Part shown: piece by piece, positions 22,786 through 35,700 of the stretch | Numbering within the stretch: position 1 is the first letter of the stretch | Layout of the letters: every line of letters begins with the position of its first letter | NCBI GenBank assembly: GCA_048128005.1 | Contig: JBEUKZ010000054.1 | Location: forward strand, 248,001-312,000 | Origin: Veleropilina oligotropha | Taxonomy: Eukaryota | Reading direction: 5' to 3' | Length of the DNA stretch: 64,000 bases | Notes under the pieces: generated by a model | Seen by the model: the letters and a program-made list of their open reading frames with translations, nothing else | Told to the model about the DNA's origin: nothing | Database searches by the model: none | Made by a program: the position numbers and the translations under genes

Positions 22786-25374
22786 TCACGACGGAGGGAC
22801 CCAGCTACTGTCTGGTAGTCTAGCCACGGCTGGCTGTACGCTAACAGATACGCTTCCACCGGCGGAAGCGGGCAGCTGGGACTGTCGTGCGTGCCGGCAG
22901 CCCTAGGGCCGAGGCTTCCCTCTCCCGCTCTGACGGGAGCTTGTTGGAGGTGCTTGCCTCCTCGGAGTGGGTTAATGGCCGGGGGCCTACCACCCGAAGA
23001 GGGCTTTGCACGCTTGGAAGGCTTCGGGGTCCGGGTGGGCCCTGAGCGCTTCCTCGAGTCGGCAGGTGGACCCCGGGTAGGGTGCAGTACCGCCTTCTCG
23101 ATGGCACGGTCCTTCATGTCCGCCGCTCTCTTGTCGACGAACTCCGTAAAGTTGTCGCCAAAAAGAGTGGTGGCCGAGCAAGGCACGCATCGCAACGAGC
23201 GCCGGGTGGCCTCATCTAGCGAGGTGCCTTCAAGGTAAGCGACCCTACGAAGTAGGAGTGCGTTACCCAGGATACGTCCCGTCTCCAACGCGTTGGTCTC
23301 CATAACGGCAGCAACCTCCTGGAGGAAGGACAGGGCAGCCCACGGGCGCCGGGTCCATCCTCCTGTAATACGGCTATCGCCCCGTCTAGGAAAAATCCTG
23401 AACGGACGACAGCCGCAGAGCCCATCGGGCGGAGCTCTCGAAAGCTTCCAAGGCGAACCCAGGAACTCTCGCTACAGAGGGAGTGTGACTGGCGGTCAGT
23501 CAACGCAACGCTGCGTCAACACGAGCCGGCTCAGTCGCCAGGCACGGACCAGTACATGCGAACGGGATCGAACGCGAACTGGCCCGGAGGTACCTCCCAC
23601 TACGGAACCCCGAAGGGTACTCGGTCAGTGGGGAGGACTCCACCGGATTGCGCCCCCGACTGAGCTTGGTTGTCGAGTCAACACCCGATCAACCAGCCCA
23701 GACTGAGGTAAGGAAGGACGCAAGGGGGCTTCCTTCTCAACAAACCGATGCGCCACCGTCCTGTGCTTGACCGGGCCTACATACGACCGAGTCGGTTCCG
23801 GCAGGTCAAGCACCCCGCGAAGTGACGCAACAGCGTCGAGTTCGGCGGGTGGTGGAGGTCGGCTCCTGCGTGCCTGGAAGACTACCAGCGTCTTCGGGCC
23901 CGACCGATACAGGGAGGTCGGAGTGAGTGGAGTCGAGGTCCTCGTCGGAACGAGGTTCGATCCCCACCACGGAGGCAGGAGCCGTGCTCTGCGCCACAGG
24001 CAGAGGTGTAGGTACCTGGAGCGGCTAGGAAGCCGGTTGCCAGGCCCGACATCGGGACTCGAACTCCGCCGCGAACATAGCCTGGACGTTCTCTAAAGAG
24101 AAACCCGGAGGCATGACGGGCGTCGAACTAACAGCCGGTAGTTCGGTCGAATTCACCGTGGCGCTAGGTAGACGGGCTGCATGGACAGGTGTAGCCGAGA
24201 ACCCTTGTTTTAGGGTCTCGGGACACGTGTCGAGTGGTCGAACCCGAAAGAACGGCCCGAAGGCAGGTTCGGTGGGCCGGACGACCGGTAGGACTGCGGC
24301 AACAGTCCGTATCGGTCTACCACTCTGTTCGAGAGAGGCACGGTCGGAAAACCGCCGTAGAACCCCGTCCCGAACGCAGCCGGTCTGTCCACGTTCTCTA
24401 GCGTGACCATCGTGGGTGCACGGGAGAGAACGGGCCCTCTGAAAAGCTCGTGAGCATCGAGGTTGAGCGGAAAACCCTTAGGGGTAGTCGCGTCGGTCTC
24501 GAACGAGGATTCAGGTGTCGCCGATTGTCCGAGTCTTAGACCTACAAGTAGGTGCCCGGCCTCTTTAAAGGCTTTCTCATTGGGTCGCTCCCTATCGTAA
24601 AATAGGGAGTTTCCCGCAGAAGGACTAACTGTCCCCTTATTCTTCGAGGCCGAAGAAAAGGATGGGGATTGTCTGCCCTGTTCAGCGGTTCGCTGCGTTG
24701 CCAGATATACCTTGCTAGCCGGCAAGGGATGGTTGGCTGCAGTTACTAGGCCCGTTTTAGGAGGATCGAACAGCACTCGGGCTCCTACCTGAATCTAGGG
24801 TCCCGGCAAGGTTACGGCGACTCCCTATGAGTCGCGGAGGTGACGCCGGTAGATCCGGCGACAGACGGCCCCTTTTAAGGTCGACTGTCATCCAGCGGCC
24901 CCTGAAGTAGACAAAAAAACGTTAATTCCCTTTAACCTACCATTTTGTCCAATCTCGGGGGAGAACCCACCGTGGTCCGCACCTCGGTGGATATACGCTC
25001 GCCCACTGCCTGCTGTTAAATCTAGGCACAGTTCACATATATAAGACTTACTGTCAGTTACGGTGAACACGGCATTCCGTGCGCCTAGAAATCCGTGAAA
25101 CTACGGGTTACACCCGGAGTTGCACCGGACCATACTTCCCTCTCCCTGAATCACGGGAGGGTAGTAGTGGGCGGAACGGGGTAGTTAAAAGTATATATTT
25201 GGTAGTTGTGACTATTTACTACGACAACTCTTAAAAATTGCCCTGATCTGAAGATCAAAGATCAGACGATATACCGCAAAAAACCCCGAGCTGGGAACAC
25301 CGAGGCCGGGTATTTACCCGACACGACCCGGTAAAAAACCAGGCAAATTGACTAGAACAAACGGGGGTTCTCTC

Positions 25375-25670
25375 TTAGAAAAAACCGCCCAGAAAAACAC
25401 CTGAAAACCTCGTGGATGTTTTTATGTTAGTACAATTGTGTATTATCCCAGAAACGGCAGGATAACAGAAAAACGCAAGCGTGATATCTAAACGATCCTG
25501 CCTATTAATGACGCTAGAATTTTTATACAATAATAACCAGCAATAGCGTCGTTAAGGAATTATCCAATATAATGAGTTACCTGTTTGCAGTCTCAAACAA
25601 TATCAGATAAAAATACCGACCAGAAATTTCTTCTTATTACACGAAACTTCCCCTCTGAGCGGCCATGCTT
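25375..25670 (-). ncRNA. Candidate structured 5' leader domain with branch point and 3' splice site (copy A; also 40665-40990 and 57590-57905)
   Basis: Covarying helices, plus TACTAAC/CTCTAAC/TTCTAAC followed by TTTT(C/T)AG|GTG in A, B and C. Confidence 0.5.
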
Positions 25671-26560
25671 TTCCTGCAACAGCGGCGATGTCGGTTTCAC
25701 TTGATTTTCAGAACTTCTCGAAGTTTTAGAATCACAATCTTCCTATATTCACTTGTGTTTTAGATATCCACAACACAGGGTATATTCCACAACTTATATA
25801 TTAATATATAAGAATTATAGCGTCCTCGATTTAACGTATAAACCGGCGGACATTTCGAAATATTTGCGGAGCAAAAAACACGTCTTTCCGTCTCGGCGGA
25901 AAACTTTGAATTGATGTCTGGTGACTTGATAGCCCGGATGTCTCGCGAGACTTGGCGAGATCTCGCTGGAGGAACTTAGAGAGGGGAAGCAGGGGAGGTG
26001 ATCGTGGTATGTTTTGACTTAATTAGTGCATAAATGTGACTTTATTCACTGTTTCCGGTTAGCGATAATATGACTATTATGGCAAGAGTAAGGACGTAAG
26101 TAAGTTTGTAACTACATATTACTGTATAGTCAACCAATAGCAGAATATCACAACAGATTGATGTGTGGCATTGCATATCTTTCGCCGATTTTAAAAATTA
26201 ATGTTTTAGGTACATCGCAGTCGAGTTACTGGTTTAACGTCTCTATCCAATCAAACAGATTGTTTCTTGGCACCCGACCAGTCTCCAGTCTTCATGCATA
26301 TATTGTAAATAAATTGTGTATAGCATGGTTACCCCTTCAAGCACTGATCTGGATCAACGGGGGTCAAATTCTTGATCTGATCAATGTCAATTGGCCATAG
26401 CCGCAACACAAGACAGTAGTTTACCTATTATTTCTGTACTTGTGTTCATACATCAGATTCAATATCAAAATGATGATAATAAAAGATGAAAGATAAAAAT
26501 GATCAAATATACATGAAGTATAAAAATGGCAACTACAAATTTTAGTATAAATTTAGAGCA

Positions 26561-26786
26561 TCATTTTCCAATGCAAAAATCTCTGAAGACGACATCCAGA
26601 ATGTCCTCGGACGTGATCCGCCCGGTGATCTTCCCGAGTTCTCGGAGAGCTTTGCGCAGCTCCTGAGCAGCCAGCACCACGTCTTGCCTCTGATGATAGT
26701 TCAGCAGATGGCCACAACAGTTCTCCAGATGGGTCCTGTACCGGGCTTGAGTGAGACTCGGGTTACCACTCAATGGGTCACCACAT
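26561..26786 (-). CDS. GTPBP3: GTPBP3 last exon
   Basis: ctttag|ATGTGGTGAC; encodes [15 protein letters not shown]...[14 protein letters not shown]. Confidence 0.95.
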
Positions 26787-29700
26787 CTAAAGCATAGACA
26801 AAATCGAATTAATTGGTGCTAGTGTTATGGTCAATAATTTTTTCAAGATTTATCAAAATCTGTGCATGTGCTTTTGGGTAACCATGCTATTAAAACAGAC
26901 AAACACTTTTGAAGACAAAGTACCATCCTCCATGTTTTATAAAATGTTGATGAATTACAGAGAAGTAAACTCTTTCTGAAATTTGAATCAGGCCATATGA
27001 AAAAGTGTTAACAACTGAAATCTCTGGATTTGAAAAAACAAAATACACATTGGGTCAATAAGCATATCAAAATATATGCATGTTGCTCCAAAGCGTAATG
27101 GAAAACAATATACGTCCAAGCAAACCAATAATCATTGTCGCACACCTCGACAAATTTTGTTTGATCATTCTGTTCGTTATGGTGATATAGCACGAATTTA
27201 GCCGTGCTATTACCAACTGATATCAGAACACTTTTGGATGATGTAAGCGCCTCCCACCCGATACCATGATGCAGTTCAAACGCAGACATAGCGATTGTAT
27301 ATTCATAAAAGTATACACATGGTAACGTAGATGTACACAGTTCAATGACTGAATCGTTGGAAGTGAACACATTGTAACAATATACGGTTCCTCTTCGCGT
27401 CATTGTAAACAGTTTAATGACTGAATCGTGCTTGCAAGTGAAATATTCGCGCGCGTGCACGTGACTGGGCGAGGTTTGCGACAAGTCAATTATAATACTA
27501 GACACCAATTGGTTATTTTAGTTTTTGAGACATTTTGTGTGGGTTCCTCCCATGTCAATGACACTCGCGTGCGCTTTTAGGCGCGCTCATGATTGATATG
27601 GAAGAAAATCATGCAAAGTGTTTTGATATCTAAAACAATGAATGGTGTCTCGTACTATAATTATTACATAAACCATACCTCTCTTGTACTTTTCCCTTCA
27701 AAAGGTCAAGGAGTTCCGTCAAACCATGTCCTGTCATGCAAGATAATGTGTTGTAAGGTATACGATTCGCAATCGTAGTCTCCACCAAATCGACCTTATT
27801 CACCACTAATATCACAGATTCTGGATCAATCTCCCTCATAATTGCATCACTCATCACCGTGACCTTGTTCTCATCTATTTCCACATGATCTGAGTTTATG
27901 TCCCCATCAGGCAAATTTGAATTTGTGCAATTAGCTTTTGAGATTCTCCTCTTTGAAATAATATCAAAACCAAGTTCCTCTAAATGTTCAGACACAAATG
28001 ACAGTGGATCATCCTCTGGCTTCCATTTGTGATAGAATTCTTCTGCTTCCAAAAGCAAAACTTTAATATCAGCTTCTACGGCTCTGAAAACACACGAAAA
28101 ACATAGATAAACATGTCCCAGAATGAGAAAAAGAAAGAAAAGAATCGCTGCTTAATGTCCAGTATATTTGAAACCAAAGCAGGACATGCCCACATTATTG
28201 AGGGAGGAAAGGCCGATCGCCCGGGGAAACCCGTCCCCTCCGATCAGTTACAGACAACTGTGATTTATAACTTTGAACAAATAATGTCATGTCCCAATCG
28301 AGATTTGAACCCACTCCTGTTCGGGTCATTGGAATGAAGCCATGACATTTGGAGTCTACAACCGAAAGCACACGACTGTCGGAGCGGCCTTCCAGAGGGG
28401 AGAAGTTGAAAGCAATGCACGTCTTGTTGTATCATGTCCAGCTGGAAAATGTATACCAGTTAGAGAACAGGATTGGTATCGACAGTCGACAGGGATCAAG
28501 GAGGCAATCCACATGTGCATAAATCAATTTCCCCCATCTGGATCCCACTTTTGATGGACATCAGGCTGACCTAGCAGCAAGCTATGATCGTGCAGTACGT
28601 GCCTATCGAGTGCTCAGGCCTCCATGCAATGATCGTGCAGCACGTGCCTATCGAGTGCTCAGGCCTCCATGCAATGATAGTGCAGTACTTGCCTATCGAG
28701 TGCTCAGGCCTCCAAGCAATGATCGTGCAGTACGTGCCTATCGAGTGCTCAGGCCTCCATGCAATGACCATGCAGTACGTGCCTATCGAGTGCTCAGGCC
28801 TCCATGCAATGATCATGCAGCACGTGCCTATCGAGTGCTCAGGCCTCCATGCAATGATCATGCAGTACGTGCCTATCGAGTGCTCAGGCCTCCATGCAAT
28901 GATCGTGCAGTATGTGCCTATCGAGTGCTCAGGCCTCCATGCAATGATCATGCAGCACGTGCCTATCGAGTGCTCAGGCCTCCATGCAATGATCGTGCAG
29001 TACGTGCCTATCGAGTGCTCAGGCCTCCATGCAATGATCGTGCAGTATGTGCCTATCGAGTGCTCAGGCCTCCATGCAATGATCGTGCAGTACGTGCCTA
29101 TCGAGTGCTCAGGCCTCCATGCAATGACCATGCAGTACGTGCCTATCGAGTGCTCAGGCCTCCATGCAATGATCATGCAGCACGTGCCTATCGAGTGCTC
29201 AGGCCTCCATGCAATGATCATGCAGTACGTGCCTATCGAGTGCTCAGGCCTCCATGCAATGATCGTGCAGTACGTGCCTATCGAGTGCTCAGGCCTCCAT
29301 GCAATGATCGTGCAGTATGTGCCTATCGAGTGCTCAGGCCTCCATGCAATGATCGTGCAGTATGTGCCTATCGAGTGCTCAGGCCTCCATGCAATGATCG
29401 TGCAGTACATGCCTATCGAGTGCTCAGGCCTCCTTCATGTGATCATGCAGTACGTGCCTATCGAGTGCTCAGGCCTCCAAGCAATGATCGTGCAGTATGT
29501 GCCTATCGAGTGCTCAGGCCTCCTTCATGTGATCGTGCAGTACGTGCCTATCGAGTGCTCAGGCCTCCATGCAATGATCGTGCAGTACGTGCCTATCGAG
29601 TGCTCAGGCCTCCATGCAATGATCGTGCAGCACGTGCCTATCGAGTGCTCAGGCCTCCATGCAATGATCGTGCAGTACGTGCCTATCGAGTGCTCAGGCC

Positions 29701-32700
29701 TCCATGCAATGATCGTGCAGTACGTGCCTATCGAGTGCTCAGGCCTCCAAGCAATGACCGTGCAGCACGTGCCTATCGAGTGCTCAGGCCTCCATGCAAT
29801 GATCGTGCAGCACGTGCCTATCGAGTGCTCAGGCCTCCATGCAATGATCGTGCAGCACGTGCCTATCGAGTGCTCCGGCCTCCTTCATGTGATCGTGCAG
29901 TATGTGCCTATCGAGTGCTCAGGCCTCCATGCAATGATCGTGCAGTATGTGCATATCGAGTGCTCAGGCCTCCATGCAATGATCGTGCAGTACGTGCCTA
30001 TCGAGTGCTCAGGCCTCCATTCAATGATCGTGCAGTACCTGCCTATCGAGTGCTCAGGCCTCCATGCAATGATCGTGCAGTACGTGCATATCGAGTGCTC
30101 AGGCCTCCATGCAATGACCGTGCAGCACGTGCCTATCGAGTGCTCAGGCCTCCATGCAATGATCGTGCAGCACGTGCCTATCGAGTGCTCAGGCCTCCAT
30201 GCAATGATCGTGCAGTACGTGCTTATCGAGTGCTCAGGCCTCCATGCAATGATCGTGCAGTACGTGTCTATCGAGTGCTCAGGCCTCCATGCAATGATCG
30301 TGCAGTACGTGTCTATCGAGTGCTCAAGCCTCCATGCAATGATCGTGCAGTACGTGTCTATCGAGTGCTCAGGCCTCCGTCATGTGATCGTGCAGTACGT
30401 GTCTATCGAGTGCTCAGGCCTCCATGCAATGATCGTGCAGTACGTGCCTATCGAGTGCTCAGGCCTCCATGCAATGATCGTGCAGCACGTGTCTATCGAG
30501 TGCTCAGGCCTCCAAGCAATGATCGTGCAGTACGTGCCTATCGAGTGCTCAGGCCTCCATGCAATGATCGTGCAGTACGTGCCTATCGAGTGCTCAGGCC
30601 TCCAAGCAATGATCGTGCAGTATGTGCCTATCGAGTGCTCAGGCCTCCTTCATGTGATCGTGCAGTACGTGCCTATCGAGTGCTCAGGCCTCCAAGCAAT
30701 AATCGTGCAGTACGTGTCTATCGAGTGCTCAGGCCTCCTTCATGTGATCGTGCAGTACGTGTCTATCGATTGCTCAGGCCTCCATGCAATGACCGTGCAG
30801 TACGTGCCTATCGAGTGCTCAGGCCTCCAAGCAATGATCGTGCAGTACGTGTCTATCGAGTGCTCAGGCCTCCATGCAATGATGGTGCAGTACGTGTCTA
30901 TCGAGTGCTCAGGCCTCCTTCATGTGATCGTGCAGTATGTGCCTATCGAGTGCTCAGGCCTCCAAGCAATAATCGTGCAGTACGTGTCTATCGAGTGCTC
31001 AGGCCTCCTTCATGTGATCGTGCAGTACGTGCCTATCGAGTGCTCAGGCCTCCATGCAATGATCGTGCAGTACGTGCCTATCGAGTGCTCAGGCCTCCTT
31101 CATGTGATCGTGCAGTACGTGTCTATCGAGTGCTCAGGCCTCCTTCATGTGATCGTGCAGTACGTGTCTATCGAGTGCTCAGGCCTCCTTCATGTGATCG
31201 TGCAGTACGTGCCTATCGAGTGCTCAGGCCTCCAAGCAATGATCGTGCAGTACGTGTCTATCGAGTGCTCAGGCCTCCATGCAATGATCGTGCAGTACGT
31301 GCCTATCGAGTGCTCAGGCCTCCATGCAATGATCGTGCAGTACGTGCCTATCGAGTGCTCAGGCCTCCATGCAATGATCGTGCAGTACGTGTCTATCGAG
31401 TGCTCAGGCCTCCTTCATGTGATCGTGCAGTATGTGCCTATCGAGTGCTCAGGCCTCCATGCAATGATCGTGCAGTACGTGCGTATCGAGTGCTCAGGCC
31501 TCCATGCAATGATCGTGCAGTACGTGCCTATCGAGTGCTCAGGCCTCCATGCAATGATCGTGCAGTACGTGCCTATCGAGTGCTCAGGCCTCCATGCAAT
31601 GATCGTGCAGTACGTGTCTATCGAGTGCTCATGCCTCCATGCAATGATCGTGCAGTACGTGCCTATCGAGTGCTCAGGCCTCCAAGCAATGATCGTGCAG
31701 TACGTGTCTATCGAGTGCTCAGGCCTCCTTCATGTGATCGTGCAGTACGTGCCTATCGAGTGCTCAGGCCTCCAAGCAATGATCGTGCAGTACGTGTCTA
31801 TCGAGTGCACAGGCCTCCATGTAATGACTGTGCAGTACGTGCCTATCGAGTGCTCAGGCCTCCTTCATGTGATCGTGCAGTACGTGCCTATCGAGTGCTC
31901 AGGCCTCCAAGCAATGATCGTGCAGTACGTGCCTATCGAGTGCTCAGGCCTCCAAGCTATGATCGTGCAGTACGTGCCTATCCAGTGCGCAGGCCTCCAT
32001 GCAATGATCGTGCAGTACGTGCCTATCGAGTGCTCAAGCCTCCATCATGGATTACAACTGTTGACTGAAGATCGCACACAATAACCCCAATAATCTGTGC
32101 AGACACAGCAAAAACACGGAGACAAAGCCATAGCATCCCTACTAGTATTGTCCTGAATACAATTATCCATACAAATCCTTTAATCCGATAGCTTGACCTA
32201 CTTTAATCCGATAGCTTGACCTACTGTACCTATCCATTGCTCTTTTCACTCCTTCTTTCTCAACGAAATCCTCCGAGTCGCGCAGGCCGGCGGTGTCACT
32301 GATCAGGACCGGGTACCCACCGAGATTGAACGCAGACTCGATAACGTCTCGTGTGGTGCCTGCTATAGGAGAAACAATCGCCGCTGGTCTTTGACCTAAT
32401 TTGGCAGAAAAAGCACAATGTGCGATACATGGTATATCTATTTGCGCACCATAAACCAAAAAGTTTATTACGTCAATGTATCATATATGAGAAAATTAGA
32501 ACTCATGGTTGAAAGTGAACAATTTTTCAGTCATAATATTGTCAATAACCTTTGGAGATGGGGGTGATCACTGAAAAAGTATGTAACAAGCACATGGTTT
32601 GAACCAGAAATCACTTCCTTTGTAGACCTGTGTCATACCCACATAACCATCCTCTGCTCACAATACTGTAGGATAACGGTATTATCCCTTTGTTCGTCCC

Positions 32701-35700
32701 TCCATCTTGTACAGACAAGCTACCATCACTGGATTTAATTAACAGTAAATAAAGAATGGAAAGATACTTCCAGAAACTGTTTCAATGATTGATATGTTAA
32801 ACAACAGGACAATGACGATATCGCCCATGTCAACATCATCTTGAAAACCTCATATTTCGTTGAGACTTTAAATTCGTGGTTTAGCCTACCCACGAAATTT
32901 GGTACACAACGAAAAGTAATGATTGTACAGTATTGCGTTCAGCAGACTGCTCTTGATACGACTCACATATTGCATTCAGCAGACTCACATATTGCATTCA
33001 GCAGACTCACATATTGCATTCAGCAGACTCACATATTGCATTCAGCAGACTGCTCTTGATAGAGCTCACATATTGCAATCAGCTGACTGCTCTTGATAGA
33101 ACTCACATATTGCGTTCAGCAGACTGCTCTTTCCGACATTTGGCGGTCCTATGATGGCGATGTGCACCCCACTTCTCAGCCTCTCACCTCGACGATTATC
33201 GGACAAGTGTTTCCTGATAGCATCCAGCAGGTTAGTGACCTCATCACTGACTGAAAACAGGCAAGACATATGTTGTGCACATGGCAGCCAAAACCAAAGA
33301 CAGTCGTCAAGGATGCCTCGCTTATGCTGTACATTACAGAGGCATGTGACCTTGAAAAATAGGTCAAGGTCACCCATCTCTAAGGGCCACCTCCAGGGCC
33401 CCTGTGCACCAAATATAGAGAGGCTGCATGCAGTACATGTTAACTTATGCTGTGCCGAAGGTCGGGCGGAACTATATATGCCAGCATAGTCAATAGGCAT
33501 TAAATTTTTTTTCGTAAGGAAGCTAGTTTTAGCAAATAATTGTAAAAACTAAATTTCACAGCTTGAATTTCACAACTTGGTGTTTCATATATCACTCATG
33601 ATCAGTCTGGTAATCTGTATTTAGGCAATTAAATGTTATAGATGTTTTTGTCAGTTCCATTAGGTCAAGTTAATGTCACTTTATTGTCTGCTCATCAGTA
33701 GCAAATGAATCCAGTTCTGAAATGGAATGATATGAAGGAAAAAAATTCTTTTTCATGATAAACTGGTCTCTTGATATATGAAACAGCAGCCTGATAATAC
33801 AACAGGTATAACAATGACATCAGTTTACCGACATCCATGATGCCCTCCTCGATGTTCTCGTCTTCGCTGAAGTCGATGAACGCTTCCACGTTAGCGGTAC
33901 ACTGAAACAAACAAGAGGTTTTTAAGTAAACCTAGTATTAGTTAGAATATACTTACGTCATTATCTATGCCATAATAGCCCTATTATCGCTAAACCGGAA
34001 ACTGTGAAAAAGCGTTTCACTTTCATTTAAACTTACACGCTTACCCCCCCTGCTCACCTCTCTCGCGTTCCTCCCACGAGATCTGCCCAAGTCTCGCGAG
34101 ACCTCAGAGACCAAGACAGATCTGGTATCCTTTTTAAGTCAGAGGAATCTGCAGTGCGTAGAGGAACTTAGCAAGAGGGGTTGGATGCGAATACCATGAG
34201 CAGGGCGGGTAGACGTGTAATGACGTAAGTATATTCTAACTAATACTAGGTTTACTTAAAAACCTCTTATTAGTACTTAGCAATATACTCTACGTCATTA
34301 CCTATGCCAGAATAACTTTGGACGGTGGGCTAAGTTCTAACGAAATTAATACCCAAACAAGTTACTTACTTGTCACCATGGAGACAGCTAGTATCGCCGA
34401 CTCGCGTCCGCTCAGGATGGAATTACTGAGTATTACAATTCTACCCTTACCCCGACAGAATTTTGACCAATGAACCTGGGAAAAAACGCCAGAGGTGTTA
34501 GTCGGACAAGGTGACGCGAAAGTGCAATCAGCCCCAGGCAAGGCCGGAGGATAAATCCTGTAGGACTTAGATGTCATGGACCGAAGCAGCTTTTGGTAAA
34601 TCCTGGGCGTCGAGGCCGGTAACCAAAAGATGCAGTCAACTTGCGACAAACATACAGTACCTGAAAAGGTTGTGAATGTAACCAGTTATGCAATTATTAA
34701 TAGATATAAGTAATATATACACGTACATATTATATTCCATATTAATAATAAATTCGCTTGACCAAATAGCGAAATGCAAACATGTCCCCATGTTACTTAA
34801 AGAATATTTAAAGATTGAATGATATTAAATTTTTTCAATGTCGCAACACCGTAAGTTCATAACAGCAAATGAACTTCAATAATATCAAAATCTAAAAACC
34901 CCTTTTTAGATTTAGCATTATAAATGTCTACTTTCAATGTGAGTGGCATGTGTCATGTGAACTCAGATCTGACAAATTAGTCTCAGTCCATAAATAGCAA
35001 TATTGGACTGCAGACAACACAATGAAAACAACACTAATTGTTAGCAAGCTACACAATAGAGTTGCACATAAATGCGGAGTGACTGTATAATTACAATTAA
35101 TTGTTTACAATACCTGTCACCGTGTATTTAACCTAGATGTCCTGGTGATGCAGTGTTGCGCCGCAACACATTGAACACTGGACAAACCATCCGCGCCAGT
35201 CGAGAAATCGCGTAAATAATGTTTTACAAACACGTTCGGATTTCTCCAATACCCTGCTTGTAGCAGGGAGGTAATATTCAGACAATGTCTAAATGCCAGG
35301 CTCGTCGATATCGCTCTTGTTTCATGGGCACGGACCGCAATAAGGTTGCGGTCAGCTTCGTTGGAATTAGAGTAAATCTGCTGAACCGTCCGACATATCC
35401 ATCTCGAGATAGTATTCTTCGATACATCGCGGGTGAAATTTGGCAAATACGAAATAAACAAGCGTTTTTTGCCATGACGGAAGTCACGTGTTCGGTCCAG
35501 ATAGTATTAGTAGCGAAGCGCGCGCACCGGGCAGTTGAGTCGATCGATATCGTTTCTACCGACAATAGAAAGCGTAGGAATAACGACTTCTGGAGCAATA
35601 TCGCCTGGCCGCTGGTTTTTAGCAATAAATCCTAATATAGGACGTAAAATGACCGATCCGTCAGACTGGAATCTAATATCACGGAGCTCTGCTGAGAAGC

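Larger units (their letters stand above)
18815..26119 (-). mobile_element. DIRS1-like retrotransposon A (full length, gag and YR degenerate; same family as D)
   Basis: ~200-bp ITRs (18855-19054 and 25902-26101) with no mismatch seen. Internal complementary region (ICR) 19114-19202 is complementary to both termini. ATAT core at both ends. RT/RNase H, methyltransferase-like and YR remnants present. Confidence 0.95.

Noticed and set aside
28584..32084. 1166-aa and 1152-aa repeat ORFs
   Set aside because: A 45-bp stop-free unit inside a GTPBP3 intron, with no unique flanking coding sequence or domain.
32055..32085. CTGAAGA hammerhead core after the Penelope-like remnant
   Set aside because: No following stem II and GAAA.
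34362..34649. 95-aa ORF in the DIRS B 3' region as a fourth gene
   Set aside because: The frame is not preserved in the other copies (stop in A after ATGP, and indels).
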